In this document: positions 1 through 12,500 of the stretch, in pieces
Layout of the letters: each line of letters starts with the position of its first letter
Numbering within the stretch: the stretch's first letter is position 1
DNA from: Botryllus schlosseri
Taxonomy: Eukaryota
DNA length: 64,000 nt
Reading direction: 5' to 3'
Assembly: GCA_051294905.1 (NCBI GenBank)
Contig: CM119374.1
Location: 17,360,001-17,424,000, forward strand
Made by a program: the position numbers and the translations under genes
Notes under the pieces: generated by a model
What the model saw: the letters and a program-made list of their open reading frames with translations, nothing else
Told to the model about the DNA's origin: nothing
The model's database searches: none

Positions 1-544
1 TTGGGCTTGATGCTCTTTCAGCATTGACGATAGCATGATTTGCGCAGACCCGATATCGATGATACCCTGACGTTAAAGTGGCACGGTCAGATAGACTCTT
101 AACAGATTAGTAAATACTATTGCTAATAACTTCTACCAAGAGAGAGACCCACTTCAAGCAAAGGAATCCACTCGAAATGTAAATAATGGTTTTATGCAGA
201 ATGCAGAGCAGATAGTGCTATCCCTCTTGTGGTAGTGCATCATTATTTCAAGTCTTCTGGAAGGACTACTGCAATCACAAATTCATATCAAAATATTCTA
301 CTCGAAACATTATGAGAATACTTTTATGGCAGCTTCGCAAAATAGCTATTCTTAGATATAACAATTTGTAAGTATGCAACATTGAGTCAATGGGCGTGTT
401 TTACGTGGGATAGGAGGCGTGGTGGGATATGCGTGACTGCATTCATGCTGTGACTTGAAGCTGTTTAGTGAGAACTCGAGAACGCCAAACAACATTTCTT
501 GATTTCTTTCTCATTCACGCAGTAGAGGCCGATAATACGGAAAA

Positions 545-3500
545 ATGGGGAAAAAGCGTGGCAAGAGGTAAGATAATATGTGAATATGTATTAAGAATGA
601 TTTATACGTAAAATTTGTGAACGGATTTTGTGAATTTTATCTGAAATTTCATAATAACATTCTACATTTTAGACCTTCATCAGGAAAAAAAGAACCGGAA
701 GATCAAGACGTTGATGATGTTGACGTTGTATGTTACCCCTTGCTCACTTATATATATATATTGTTGTAGTGTTGAACTTGACCAATCTCTTTTCTAGAAT
801 GATGACAGCTATTTTGATGATGAAATCGACAAATTCCATGCGGAGAAAGAGAAAATATTGCTTGACGTCGACACTGATGATGAGGACAATTACGACAGTG
901 ATGAGGTAGGCAGAATCGTATTGAATTTGTTGGATCATATTGAACTGTCTTTCAAGCCATAGATCATAAAATGTTTTCATACTGGAATGTGGAACCATTG
1001 TCTTCAATGGCCTGAGCGATGTATCTTGTATTGACTGACACTGCCAATATATGTTTATTACAGTTAGCGCAACATCCTTGAAATCCCAGTTAGGGCTTCA
1101 TCTTCATGTAGACTAGATTTGATTTTATGTCATAAGACGTTGTTTTTCTGTCAAACTATATACTTGACTAACCTACGTACGTCGTACAGATATCAAACAA
1201 GTGACTGCAGTCACTGCACAACTGGCAACCATAGAGGGCTCGCAATTGCTTGTAGCTTCGTGAACAAATACCGTAATCTTACAGCCTTCACCGGAACGCT
1301 AAATTTATTGAAGCTGATCTTGAACGAAAGCTACTGTTGCAATACCTAAATTTTCCCCCAATTGTCGAAAATAGGGACTGTTCCGAACGATCCGTAAGAA
1401 TGTTCTATGACTGCGTTTCGAATGTTCGCAACAATGCTGACTTCTATCTTTATCTAAGCCTACCATATGTACTCTTTTAACGATTTCAGAATCTCGTTAT
1501 AATTGATCATTCCTTCCTGGCAAAAGTCGAGGGCGGAATCTATAAAATAGCTGGTTTTGTAGGCCTATCTGTTTTTGTAACTTTTGCCTGCAACTACTAA
1601 GGAAATGTAAAACATCATCAAACTCAAGCCTAACAATTAACTACCTTCGCTTTACTTGTCGGCAAAAAATGTCCTCTTTTCTGGTTTCTGAACATATGGT
1701 AGGCCTAGCTTTATCTGGGTGTCTTTGATTTGTACATGTCGCCAATGTCGCCAATGCCGACGTGTATCTATTTTGTCAATGTCGCCAATGTCGCCAATGT
1801 CACCAATGTCGCCCATGTCACCAATGTCACCAATGTCGACTATGTCACCAATGTCGCCAAAGTCACCAATGTCACCAAAGTCACCAATGTCACCAATGTC
1901 GGCTATGTCACCAATGTCGCCAATGCCGACATTGCCGACAATTCCGACATTGCCGACGATGCCGCTCGGGCGCCGAATCTAGGGTACTGTTTGCGTTTGT
2001 GGCCATGCAATCTTCAAGTCTTCCCGTCATTCGAGTACAGGTCAAGTCAATACCAAGATTGATTTAAGTCGAGTCACCAAAAATCCTGTCATTACAGTAG
2101 CCTACCCTACATTCGGCGCCCGAGCGGCATCGTCGGCAATGTCGGAATTGTCGGCAATGGCGGCATTGTCGGCAATGTCGGCATTGGCGACATTGGTGAC
2201 ATAGCCGACATTGGTGACATTGGTGACATTGGCGACATTGGTGACATAGTCGACATTGGTGACATTGGTGACATTGGCGACATTGGCGACATTGACAAAA
2301 TAGATACACGTCGACATTGGCGACATTGGTGACATTGGTGACATTGGCGACATTGGCGACATGTACAAATCAAAGACACCCGCTTTATCTGGTTCCCCAA
2401 CTGTGCAGTCACGAATTGCGCATCTATATGTAGGTTGGTTATCTGTAGTCCAACATCAGATGCCATTCCTATTTATTGTGTAACATACAGGAAGAAGTGT
2501 TGGCTGTAGCTAGCGACGATGAAGAGGACTCGGATCAATTTGAAAAAGGGGATAAAGAAGGTAAAATCAAATCACCAGATTCATTTATTCACAACTTGTT
2601 TATAATACAATAATATAAGCTTCATGTCAATAGTAGGCCTACACCTCTCATTCAATGTAGGTCTGATTGTTTTCCAGTCATTTATAAGATTTCCAACTTC
2701 AGACACAGAACTTAAACTTTTCCTTTCACAGTTTGTCATCAAGTTAACGGACCCTCACAGGATATTCACTAAAATACCAATATGTGGCGTATGTAATGAT
2801 TGAACTTGGCAATGTCAATGCCATTGTGTCATGGTTGTGATATTTGGTTGAATAAAAATATTGCCGTGCTTTTCAATATGGTCGCATAAATTTTATTGTA
2901 CAAATTGGTATTACTTATGATATCTAAAAATAAGAACGGCAATGCCATTATCTATGTGCTATATCGTGGCAGTGGTATCGAAGTAGCTTAAGTCCATTTT
3001 ACACATTTTGAGAGAATTACCTTTACGTGAAGTATTCATCTTCTTTCAGCCATACATTGGCCCTGATTAACCTAGACACACTGAGACAGACATAACCATA
3101 GCCAAGACAATAAGACCAAAAAAGTTGAAAACTTTTCGAAAAGTTGATTTTTTTCAAATTTTAAAAATGTACCTTCAAAATTTAAAAACTGGACATATGC
3201 TACTTTGATACCACTGCGACAATATGGTGAAAATGTACTTTGTCGGTAATGTGATATCTATCGGCAGCCCCTATTGCACCGTAATAAAAATTTTAAATGG
3301 GGAGTCAGTGTGCGCAGTTTCTGCAATGACACAAATCTGATAATGCTCAATCAAGCTAAGGGCTATTGTGTTAGTCATGCTTATTCCAGCTGACCATTCT
3401 CATACTTGTAAGTCGCAAACGCCATACCGTTACTCGCTCCACCGATCCTTCACAATTTCCATGTCACGCTTATGTATATTTTGTTCATTACAGAAGAGGT

Positions 3501-6500
3501 GATTGCTCAGGCCTGGGGAAGAAAAAAATCTGCATTTTATGGGACCGACGTCGTTGAAAATCTTGAAGGTAAATTGCCTTCAACAAAACTTTACATGGAA
3601 TTGATTTAAAAGTTAACACCGTTACTTCTAGCTCTACGTGAGTAGCAATGCTGTCTACCTTGACCACCTCTCCTTATACTAAATCGATCAATTCTATAAT
3701 TTCTTAACTTGTGTGTTCATCGTGATTTTTGACTTTGGAACCTGTGATTATCTTTGGTAAAAAAATTGTCTGCCAACCATTAATGGGCATTAGGGTTGTC
3801 CAAAATTTGGAAAATCTTAAAAAGTCTCCGTGATTGTGTCTCATTCTATAGATCAGTGGTTCCCAACCTTTTTGACCTCGCGGCACACTTCGAAAATTAA
3901 AAATAGTTCGCGGCACACTAGCACACCGAGCGAGATAGTGTAATGGTTATGCGTCCGGCTTCTCGAGCGGTAGGTCGTGGGTTCGATCCCCGGCCGGGTC
4001 ATACCAAAGACTCGAAAAATGGTATCTGCAGCTATCCTGCTAGGCGCTCAGCAATCACGGATAGCATGGAGGAGAAAAAAAACGGGGGCGCAGACTAGAT
4101 GACCTCATGGGGCCGTATCGCAACTCCGTCGCCAAAGCATCTCGATGGTGCAGGCGAGAAAGAATATCATATCTCTCTCTCTCTCTGTTCCGAACTCTTT
4201 TGGCTTATACGCACAGGCAACCACCAGAATGCGTATAGCAGCAACCATAGTTTTACAGAGGTGGTCACTGACTAAATACTGCTACCTTTTCGGAGCACTC
4301 AAGTTGGCGTTTCTCTGCTTGAGTTTTTCTTTTTATCTCTGCGGACATCTCACAAATACGTCTACGAATGGTATCATTTGACATGGGACTCGTTTTCAAT
4401 TCTTCCCAAACATTTTTTTACAATTTTATTGCTGGCCGTTTCCATGTGAGGTTTTGAATTATCAGCTACTACCTCTGTTACCACATAACTGGCCTGTTGA
4501 GATATCGTTCAAACTTCAGGTTCAGCTTAATTTCATAAGATTGACTTGACAATGAAGTCTGCCCACTACCGCATTGTCGATGTAATTCACCGTCGCATGG
4601 AAGAGTCCATCACGATCGCCACTAACAAATACGGAGGTGTATTATACAATATACATGGATGCCAAACGCATTTCCACGCAGATAGTGTAATAGCACCTGT
4701 GAGGATAGTATACCTCAATATTCTTACTCGCAGCCACCCGCAGTTGAATTGTAGTTCCAACAAATCGGGATAATAAACCTCAGCGGAGGGGAAATTTGTA
4801 ACTGATATAATTTGATCAACTTTACTTCTCAATTCTCGAATTAGTCGCCTGCAACATAACATTGCGCACTGAGCCTTCATTTTAACTGCAGTTCTGGCAC
4901 GCTACCTAACAATCGAGATGTGAATGGCTATGTTGGCAATTCTAATGAGTTCATTTCTCGATGGTGAGAATGCCTTCCTAGGTGTTGGTGGTTTATGTAG
5001 GCTCCTACTCGTCCTACGATCTGCAAAAGCAGTGTCTTGCAAAAAGTGGGCCGTGCTATAAGTTGGCATCTCAGGAATCAAAATATGTAATATCGGCATG
5101 GTGTAAAATGATCATCGATGACGAAGACATGGCAAGAATACGACTACAAATAGAAACATAAAAAAGTCATCAACCTGCGTCACGTCCCTGTTCTGCCTCC
5201 GATTGTGATGGGGGTGACAAGTAAAAGGTGAGCACTTCGTCCACACCTCAATATCACGGTCCAATTACCCGAGTTTAGTTATCACCGTCCTAAATGCTAC
5301 TGATGCTACTATATGTGGGCAAACTAGCATACCACACCCATTGACGGAGGAGGCCCCAGTTTGATTCATGGCAGTGCAGTAGCAAGTAACAAAGCGTTGC
5401 AGATTTATTAGATCATCCGCCCCTATATACGTTGCTGTGCTCAGAGCGTCTTTACAATAAAAAGTCCAGAGAAAGACCTAATGGGGATGCCAGATTGAAA
5501 TACTAGATTGAGATACCGTAACTATGGTCGCCTCGGCATCCTTATATCTGTTCATTGCATCGGATTGTGCATCGCGTGTCTTGATCGGGTAAATTCAATA
5601 CAAAAACCAACAATGACACACTCAAAATTGGGATTTTTGTTACACTTCGACATAGTTTACCACATTTGCTCGCGGCACACCTGAGCAGTCCAATTGGTAC
5701 ACTAGTGTGCCGCGGCACACCGGTTGGGAACCACTGCTATAGATGATTGATAAAAAACAACAATTAGCCTGAAAGAAGCTAACAGAAATGCAGTTAAGAT
5801 TTCGGTCAAAGCGTTTGAAAGTAGCTGCTCAAGAATGGGCGTGCCACCGACCATAGAACGGCGAGAAGACTAGTAATCAAATAACAACGGCTCTTGATTG
5901 GCTAATCGGCTATGCTTCAATGATCACGGCAGCAGCAGCTTGCTGATTAGGTGTTTGAGAAGTCTGCTACCGGCGGGGATTCTGAGTGCGCATTGTTAGT
6001 ATTTTGGCAGGTGATGATTTAAGATTAATTTAGGACATGTTGAGTTACGAAATACATGATGAACAAACAACACCCGCTTCACAAAACCTTTTACAGCATG
6101 ACTGCTTTATTGTGAAGAAAGCGGCTGTAGCCTACATGCCGTGTTTTCATCGAGGAAAAGCAAAGGCGCTTATGCAAGTGTTGAACGAATTCCCCGTTTA
6201 AGAACGGATCCATCATCAGTGAATACAAATATGAAGCTTGACTATGACACTATACTTTGTGTGGTCTTATTGGACCCAAGTTGTAGTATATAGTTGAAGT
6301 TTTGAAGGTTCTAGGGATCGACTGAATCGGCCGGTTGTGCTTGGCAGTTATACTTACAGCAAATTGAATTCACTTATAAGAGTTGTCAAAGTCCTTAATG
6401 ATGCTGCGGAAAAGAGGTGTAAGGTAGGCACAGGCTATGCTTGATATCATATCCAAACTATGCTGGATACTATATGCAGCATAGTCTGTGCTTTTCTTCA

Positions 6501-9500
6501 CACCTCTTTTCGGCGGGATTAATAAGGAATTTGACATACCATATCCAGCATAGCCTGTGCGAGTGTGCGTACATTACCACCTATTTTCTGCGTTATCATT
6601 AATGACTTAAACAACGCCTACAAGTGCATTCAATTTGCTGCATAGGCGTCTGATAAGTGCCAAACATAACCGGCTGATTCCGCCGATCCCTAAAGCATTC
6701 AAAACGTCACCTATATACAACAGCTTCAGCCAAATAAGATCACACAAAGTATAGTGTCATTGTTAAGCATTATATATTTGTATTCACTGATGACGGATCC
6801 GTACTGAAACGGTGAATTCGCTCAACACTTGCATAGGCGCCTTTACTTTATCTCGATGAAAACACGGCATGTAGGCTTCAGCCGTTTCCTTCACAATAAA
6901 GCAGTCATGCTGTAAAAGCTTCTGGTAAGCAGGTGTTGTTTGTTCATCATGTATTTCGTAACTCAACATGTCCTGAATTAATCTTGAATCATCACCTGCC
7001 AAAATACTAACAATGCCCACTCAGAATCCCCGCCGGTAGCAGACTTCTTGAACACCTAATCAGCAAACTGCTGCTGCCGTGACCATTGAAGCATAGCCGA
7101 TTAACCAATCAAGAGCCGTTGTTATTTGATTACTAGTCTTCTCGCCGTTCTATGGTCGGTGGCACGCCCATTCTTGAGCAGCTACTTTCAAACGCTTTGA
7201 CCGAAATCTTAACGGCATTTCTGTTAGCTTCTTTCAGGCTAATTGTTGTTTTTTATCAATAATCTATAGAATGAGACACAATCACGGAGACTTTTTAAGA
7301 TTTTCCAAATTTTGGACAACCCTAATGGGCATACGGTTCTATATCAAATGATATTCCTCTGTTGAGAAGCCCAAAACTGCAACTGGAGATGCTGTAGCCT
7401 GTAGTAGATGAATTTCTTTTCGAAAAGGCTCCGACAGGGAAGAAGCGGAAAGGGAAGAAGAAGAGGAAGTTCTGGCGATTCAACGGAGGCTCGCTTTGCA
7501 AATCGATGAGGATGACTTTGATTTGGATATGTTAAAGGTAGATTTTTAGATACTGTCTAAGTAGTGATCGATGTTGCTTGGGCACAAGAACTTAAGATCT
7601 CATCGGAAGGTTTCATATTATCCGTTGTGTCTCAATTGCTGGATATCTGATACCAGTGTTGGGATTAAGTCACCGCCTTCGAGTCGTGTAAAGTCACTAG
7701 ATTTTTTGAGGTGACTCTTGTCAAGTCACAAGACATGTCGAATTTTGAAGCAGCATTTTGCAAGATGATTGAGTCTCTATTAATTCTGAATCAAGTAACG
7801 AATATCGAGTTAAGTATGCCTTCAACGGGTCATTGTGTGGCTCACATAGACCTAGATCTACTAGGTCACGTCGATAACTGTCCGCCAAATAGATAATAGA
7901 ACATGAAGCTTCAGAATGTTGAAACAAATTGATATGGTGCAGTACACAATCCACCTACACATCCATACGATATAATTTTAGCCTGTACCCTGTGCCAATT
8001 GTTGAGCAGTACAAAGTAATAAAGCAGTCCGATTTTAATTATGCAAGAGGTTCGTTAAGATTAGTACATTCAAAATGGGTCGCGTCATGAGAGTGAAGAA
8101 TTTCAATTTGTTTGAGTGAGGTTTAGGAATTGAACTGGATTTAGACTGTCACTGATTTGACGCTCGTTACTTTAAATGCGTCGTTAGTATGACACTCTAT
8201 ATTCTGAATGGCTAGCTAATATGACATACGAGCTAACGCAAGCTCTGTCACGAGTGCAACTGCTTTAATCAGTGTGGAAGTTAAAGTGAAAACAAATTAA
8301 GGGTTTCATCCGTGGTTGTCTGTGTCTCTCTCTCCTGTAGGCATAGCATTTTCTGTTAGTGATTGGCCTACCCGATCACATCGGTTATTGTGTGCTTTCT
8401 ACTCCCACAGACGACCGAAAAGACAGAAGACGAATCTGCACCGAAAGAGGTCGTGGAAACGGATTTCAGTTCTCTCTCACGAAAGGCTCAATGGAAGCTT
8501 CTGAAGAAACAGTCACCCGAGCTGGACGGGCTGGTCACCGAGTTCAAAGTGCGTTGTATATTTGTTACGGTATTTGTTTCTTCACCTCCTCGCAATTGTG
8601 AACTGCACCAACTGCATGTACATGTTGAAGTAGTGTCTGTGTTCCTCGTACTATCATACAAGGGTGTGCGAGTTTGACTAGCGCACTGTAGAAATGAAGC
8701 AGTAAAAATGTGGGCCGCATAGATAGGCTGCTCGGTAGTTAAAAGGAATCTGGTAACAAATAAAATTCTTTATCGGACTACGTGTAACAATCCAAAATAT
8801 CTGAAGTTTAATCATGAGTAGCGTGAAAAACAATTGGAGGTTGTCGAATGGATTTGGTCGAGATATTCATGCGCAAAGTCAGTGTATGCATATTTCAAGT
8901 GTTTTTCTCCTTTTTCTCAGGCCAACTGGGCTTGGCTTGAACGCACTTGGCTAAGGCAGGAACCAGGCCTCAAACTATTCGAAATTGTCACTTCTTCCCA
9001 GGCCGCACCAATATTCTCTTCTGGCCTCAGTCCGGATTCTAAAAAATCATGAATCCAAACCTAATCTGACTAAATGTTCACGTTTGGTTATTTCATATCC
9101 AAATCCAATGCTTATCACTAGTGTTAATATACTGAATCGATTTTCTCTATATATGTCTCTCTGTTTAGATACAGCGGTCATCCTCTTTCGTTTGTTTCAG
9201 GAGAAAGTTTCGGAAATGGAAACGGAACTGTGCCCGCTCATGCAGATGATAAGGCAAGGTCTTATTCCGCAGGGCTACGGCTCGGATTTTATAAGTCTCA
9301 AGTACAGAGTCTATCTCGCTTACGTCATGAACATATCGTTCTACCTCATGTTGAAGACGAACAGAACGCCGGTTCACAGTCATCCCGTCATATCGAGGCT
9401 GGTGCAGTATAAGACGGTGAGTGACTGAGTCGTCTCGTGTTTGATCGCAAGGTTTTGATCGTCATAGTTGTAACAATAGGTGGACAAAGTAGTCATCGCG

Positions 9501-12500
9501 GGTGCTCGAGTGAGAGTTGACCTAATGCCGTGAATTTCTATGCAATTACATATTCAAGTGGCGTTTTCTAAGACATGTTAAGCCTACTTCGAGTTCAAGT
9601 AAAAAATGGAGATTTGAAAACGGATCAAGTAGTTTCAAAAAGTATGTTTGATTGAGGTTTGCTGGTCGATCGAAGGTGGATACTAAGTAGTGTATTAAGA
9701 AAACTGTTGAAAAGCGGAAGATATGAAAAAAACCAATGATTTGAGCTTGAAACAAGTCCTGCGGAAAAAGTAGTAGAGCTTCGATGAAGTATGTCATTGT
9801 AACCCTGGCTGCATATTCTTCATGGTTGATTACCTTGTTTAGTCAATAGTTACTTCTTTAAAATTTTGTAGGGATGATTCAGTCTCGGGAGGCAAAACTA
9901 GGGTTGTAACAAAGTCACAAGGTCACAAGTCGATTCTACTTTTATAGTTTTGACTCGAGGCAAGTCAAGTCGTTTTCACTTCACCACCGAGTCAAGTCCA
10001 AGTCAGGGTTCAAAGGTCCGACTCCGAGTAACAGTGTTGTGACTCGAGTACGAGTCCATCATAGTGTTCACCGTTCATTTGCGAGTTCAACTTACTTTAT
10101 ACATCTCTGTCTGCCTCGTATTCACAATATATGAGCGTTCCTTACGTTACACGGTCTCTTGCCGTAGTTTACAAACACCTGTGGTCCAGTACTGATAGAC
10201 AAAATACCTATATTATATTATAGTTGTACCAATATTATAGTTGTCGCTCTGTGTATTGTCCGACTTTGATATTTCAAGAATTCTCTCATCAACAGCCGTT
10301 ATCTTCAATGCCGTCAAAATATCCGTTGGGATTGTTAGCATCCTGGTTGCACTTTTTAATACTTTGTGACATCATCATAATGGGGCGCAAAATTGTTCAC
10401 TATCATAAAGGGTGGCCTGCCTAAAAAGTTTGACAACCACTGTTCTAGAGTCTTAATAGAAGAACGTGGATAGGGGTTTAAAGAGAGTTAGTATCATGTT
10501 TAACATTGCTTCGAATCATGACGGTAAAAGATATTTTTTAATTGAAAGTCACTTTCTCATTACCTAATATCAACAAATTCACTGAGCAGCATTTATTAAC
10601 AATGTAATTTAGGAATAAAATTAAAACACCCTGGAAAACATAGCTAAATTTTTTATTCGGCCCGCCAACGTATTTCTTACTTCTCATTTGGCCCGGGGAG
10701 GAAAATAATTGCCCACCCCTGCCATAACAGGACCTATCTCTGCTTCAGATGAAGGTAAATTGGTCAAAATGATCACGACTCAGAGAGAAATAGCTTGCCT
10801 ACTCTTGGAATAGCATTTTCCAATTTGTTTTGATAGTGATGATAATGAAATATATGTCATATTTATTTCAGATCATAAACAGCTTAGCGCCATTAAGTAA
10901 GAAACTGAAACCTGAGATTAAAGAGGTCTTGAGTGAATATTCCGAAAGAATTCAACAAAGTACGAAGAAAAGTAGCGTTTTCGATGAAAACGGTGAAGTG
11001 AATTTAAATTTCATGGAGCAAGGCAAAGCCGCGTCGTTGAACAGAGGAACGAAACGAAAGGCTCGTATGGTAAGTTTGCGGCAGTATAGTTTTGATCAGT
11101 ATTTAACAGTTGACAACAACAGAGGGGGTCAAAGTATTGAGCGTTGCTACTACGTACTAATAGAAGTTATACAGCAAATTCCTACTCAATCACTAGTTTG
11201 TGGTATTCATGGCGTTTGTCGACTACAGCGGTTATTTACAACAGGCCGATATTTATCATTTTTTTGATTCCGTAGCTGCTGTAGCACGGCCCACCACCTG
11301 GCTTTTTAAGACACCGCTTACTCTGATGAGCCTAGATAACCTCCTTCGATTAGGTAGGAATTCTGAAGTCGACCTCGGTCGTACTTGAACCCACACAACC
11401 CGTTGGTGTTGTCTTGTAGCTGTGGATTATACCACTACGCTATCTCGCCAGTCGCCACCTTCTCCCTCAATTACTGGTACTGCTTTCCAAGACCTGTAAA
11501 AGCTATTTCAGGTTGAAGTAGATAATGGAAGGTCTGCAAAGTACTCAAATATGTAGTTTATAATTGTAGATTTGGTACAAGGGTCGCAAACTTTTAGCAT
11601 TCAATCAGAGAAGGATAGTTTCGAAAATGCAGGAAGTATCTCGCGACATCACTAAATAACTTATTATTAGAAATAGGTGCATTCTTTGAATATATCGTCG
11701 CAGGGAATTAAAGTTACTTATGTCCAATTTTCAAATTATGAAGGTCCATTTCTAAAACTTGCTGAAAACATTTCAATTTTTGTCGACCATATCTTGGCCA
11801 TGGTTACGTCTGTTTCAATAATTCGAAGTTAATCAGGGTCAATATATTGCTGAAAGAAGATGAAAACTTCACGTAAAGTCAAATTTCTCAAAATTTGTAA
11901 AATGGACATTAGTCACTTTGATTCCACTGCGACGATATATTTAGTTACCATGATGCAGAGGCTAGTTCAAGCGGTTTTCATGAAAATTTCAGTTATAAAA
12001 GTGTTGCGAACTTGTCCCAAAACTGCATGCTACTTTTCAGAGACAATGTGTAAAAAGTCGTTTCGCCTCGTCTATTAGTAAGTAAGACTGGAAGTAATCT
12101 AAAACGTAAAGCACTTGATTAAGCAGTGCAAGTCAGATAATTCTACCTGAGTATTCTGAAAACGCAGAATTGCTTCGGTTGTAATCACCTCTGGCCTGGT
12201 TTCACAATCAGCAAGCCGTAAATTGAACCTTGTGCTGGGAATTGATCTTAATTGAGGTGGTAACTGATTTGTGGAACAGAATTTTAATGACACTTTCAGA
12301 AATAGTCTACATTCATAGTATCTGATTTTGGCGTAGAACCAACATTAATCCAGCCCTGGACCTCTGGTTTACAAGACTAGAGGTGTAGTTGTAGCTACAA
12401 ATTACTGAAATTTCGGACCCTTCGTCGGTGTACGATACCTCACGATGGCTTTACCGCAGGAATCGGCAAAGGACGGAAATTTGTCGGCCGACTTGACTGT

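Larger units (their letters stand above)
3791..7324. mobile_element. Long palindromic hAT-type (hATm-like) derivative with arms of about 750 bp, interrupted by a younger MITE
   Basis: TIR TAGGGTTGTCCAAAATTTGG; perfect 8-bp TSD ATGGGCAT (3783-3790, 7325-7332). Left arm (3791-3853 plus 5745 to about 6440) is the reverse complement of about 6560-7324. Degenerate transposase-like VKVLNDAAE(R)G motif near 6386-6420. Confidence 0.8.

Noticed and set aside
1719-2466. Cys/His/Pro-rich repetitive ORFs (CRQCHQ, MSPMSP, VTNVTN) in all frames
   Set aside because: Artefact of a 9-bp unit that lacks stop codons; the region is intronic and bounded by a transposon TSD.
3928-4001. Functional tRNA gene
   Set aside because: A and B boxes are present but the acceptor stem does not pair, and the sequence continues into a SINE body and tail.
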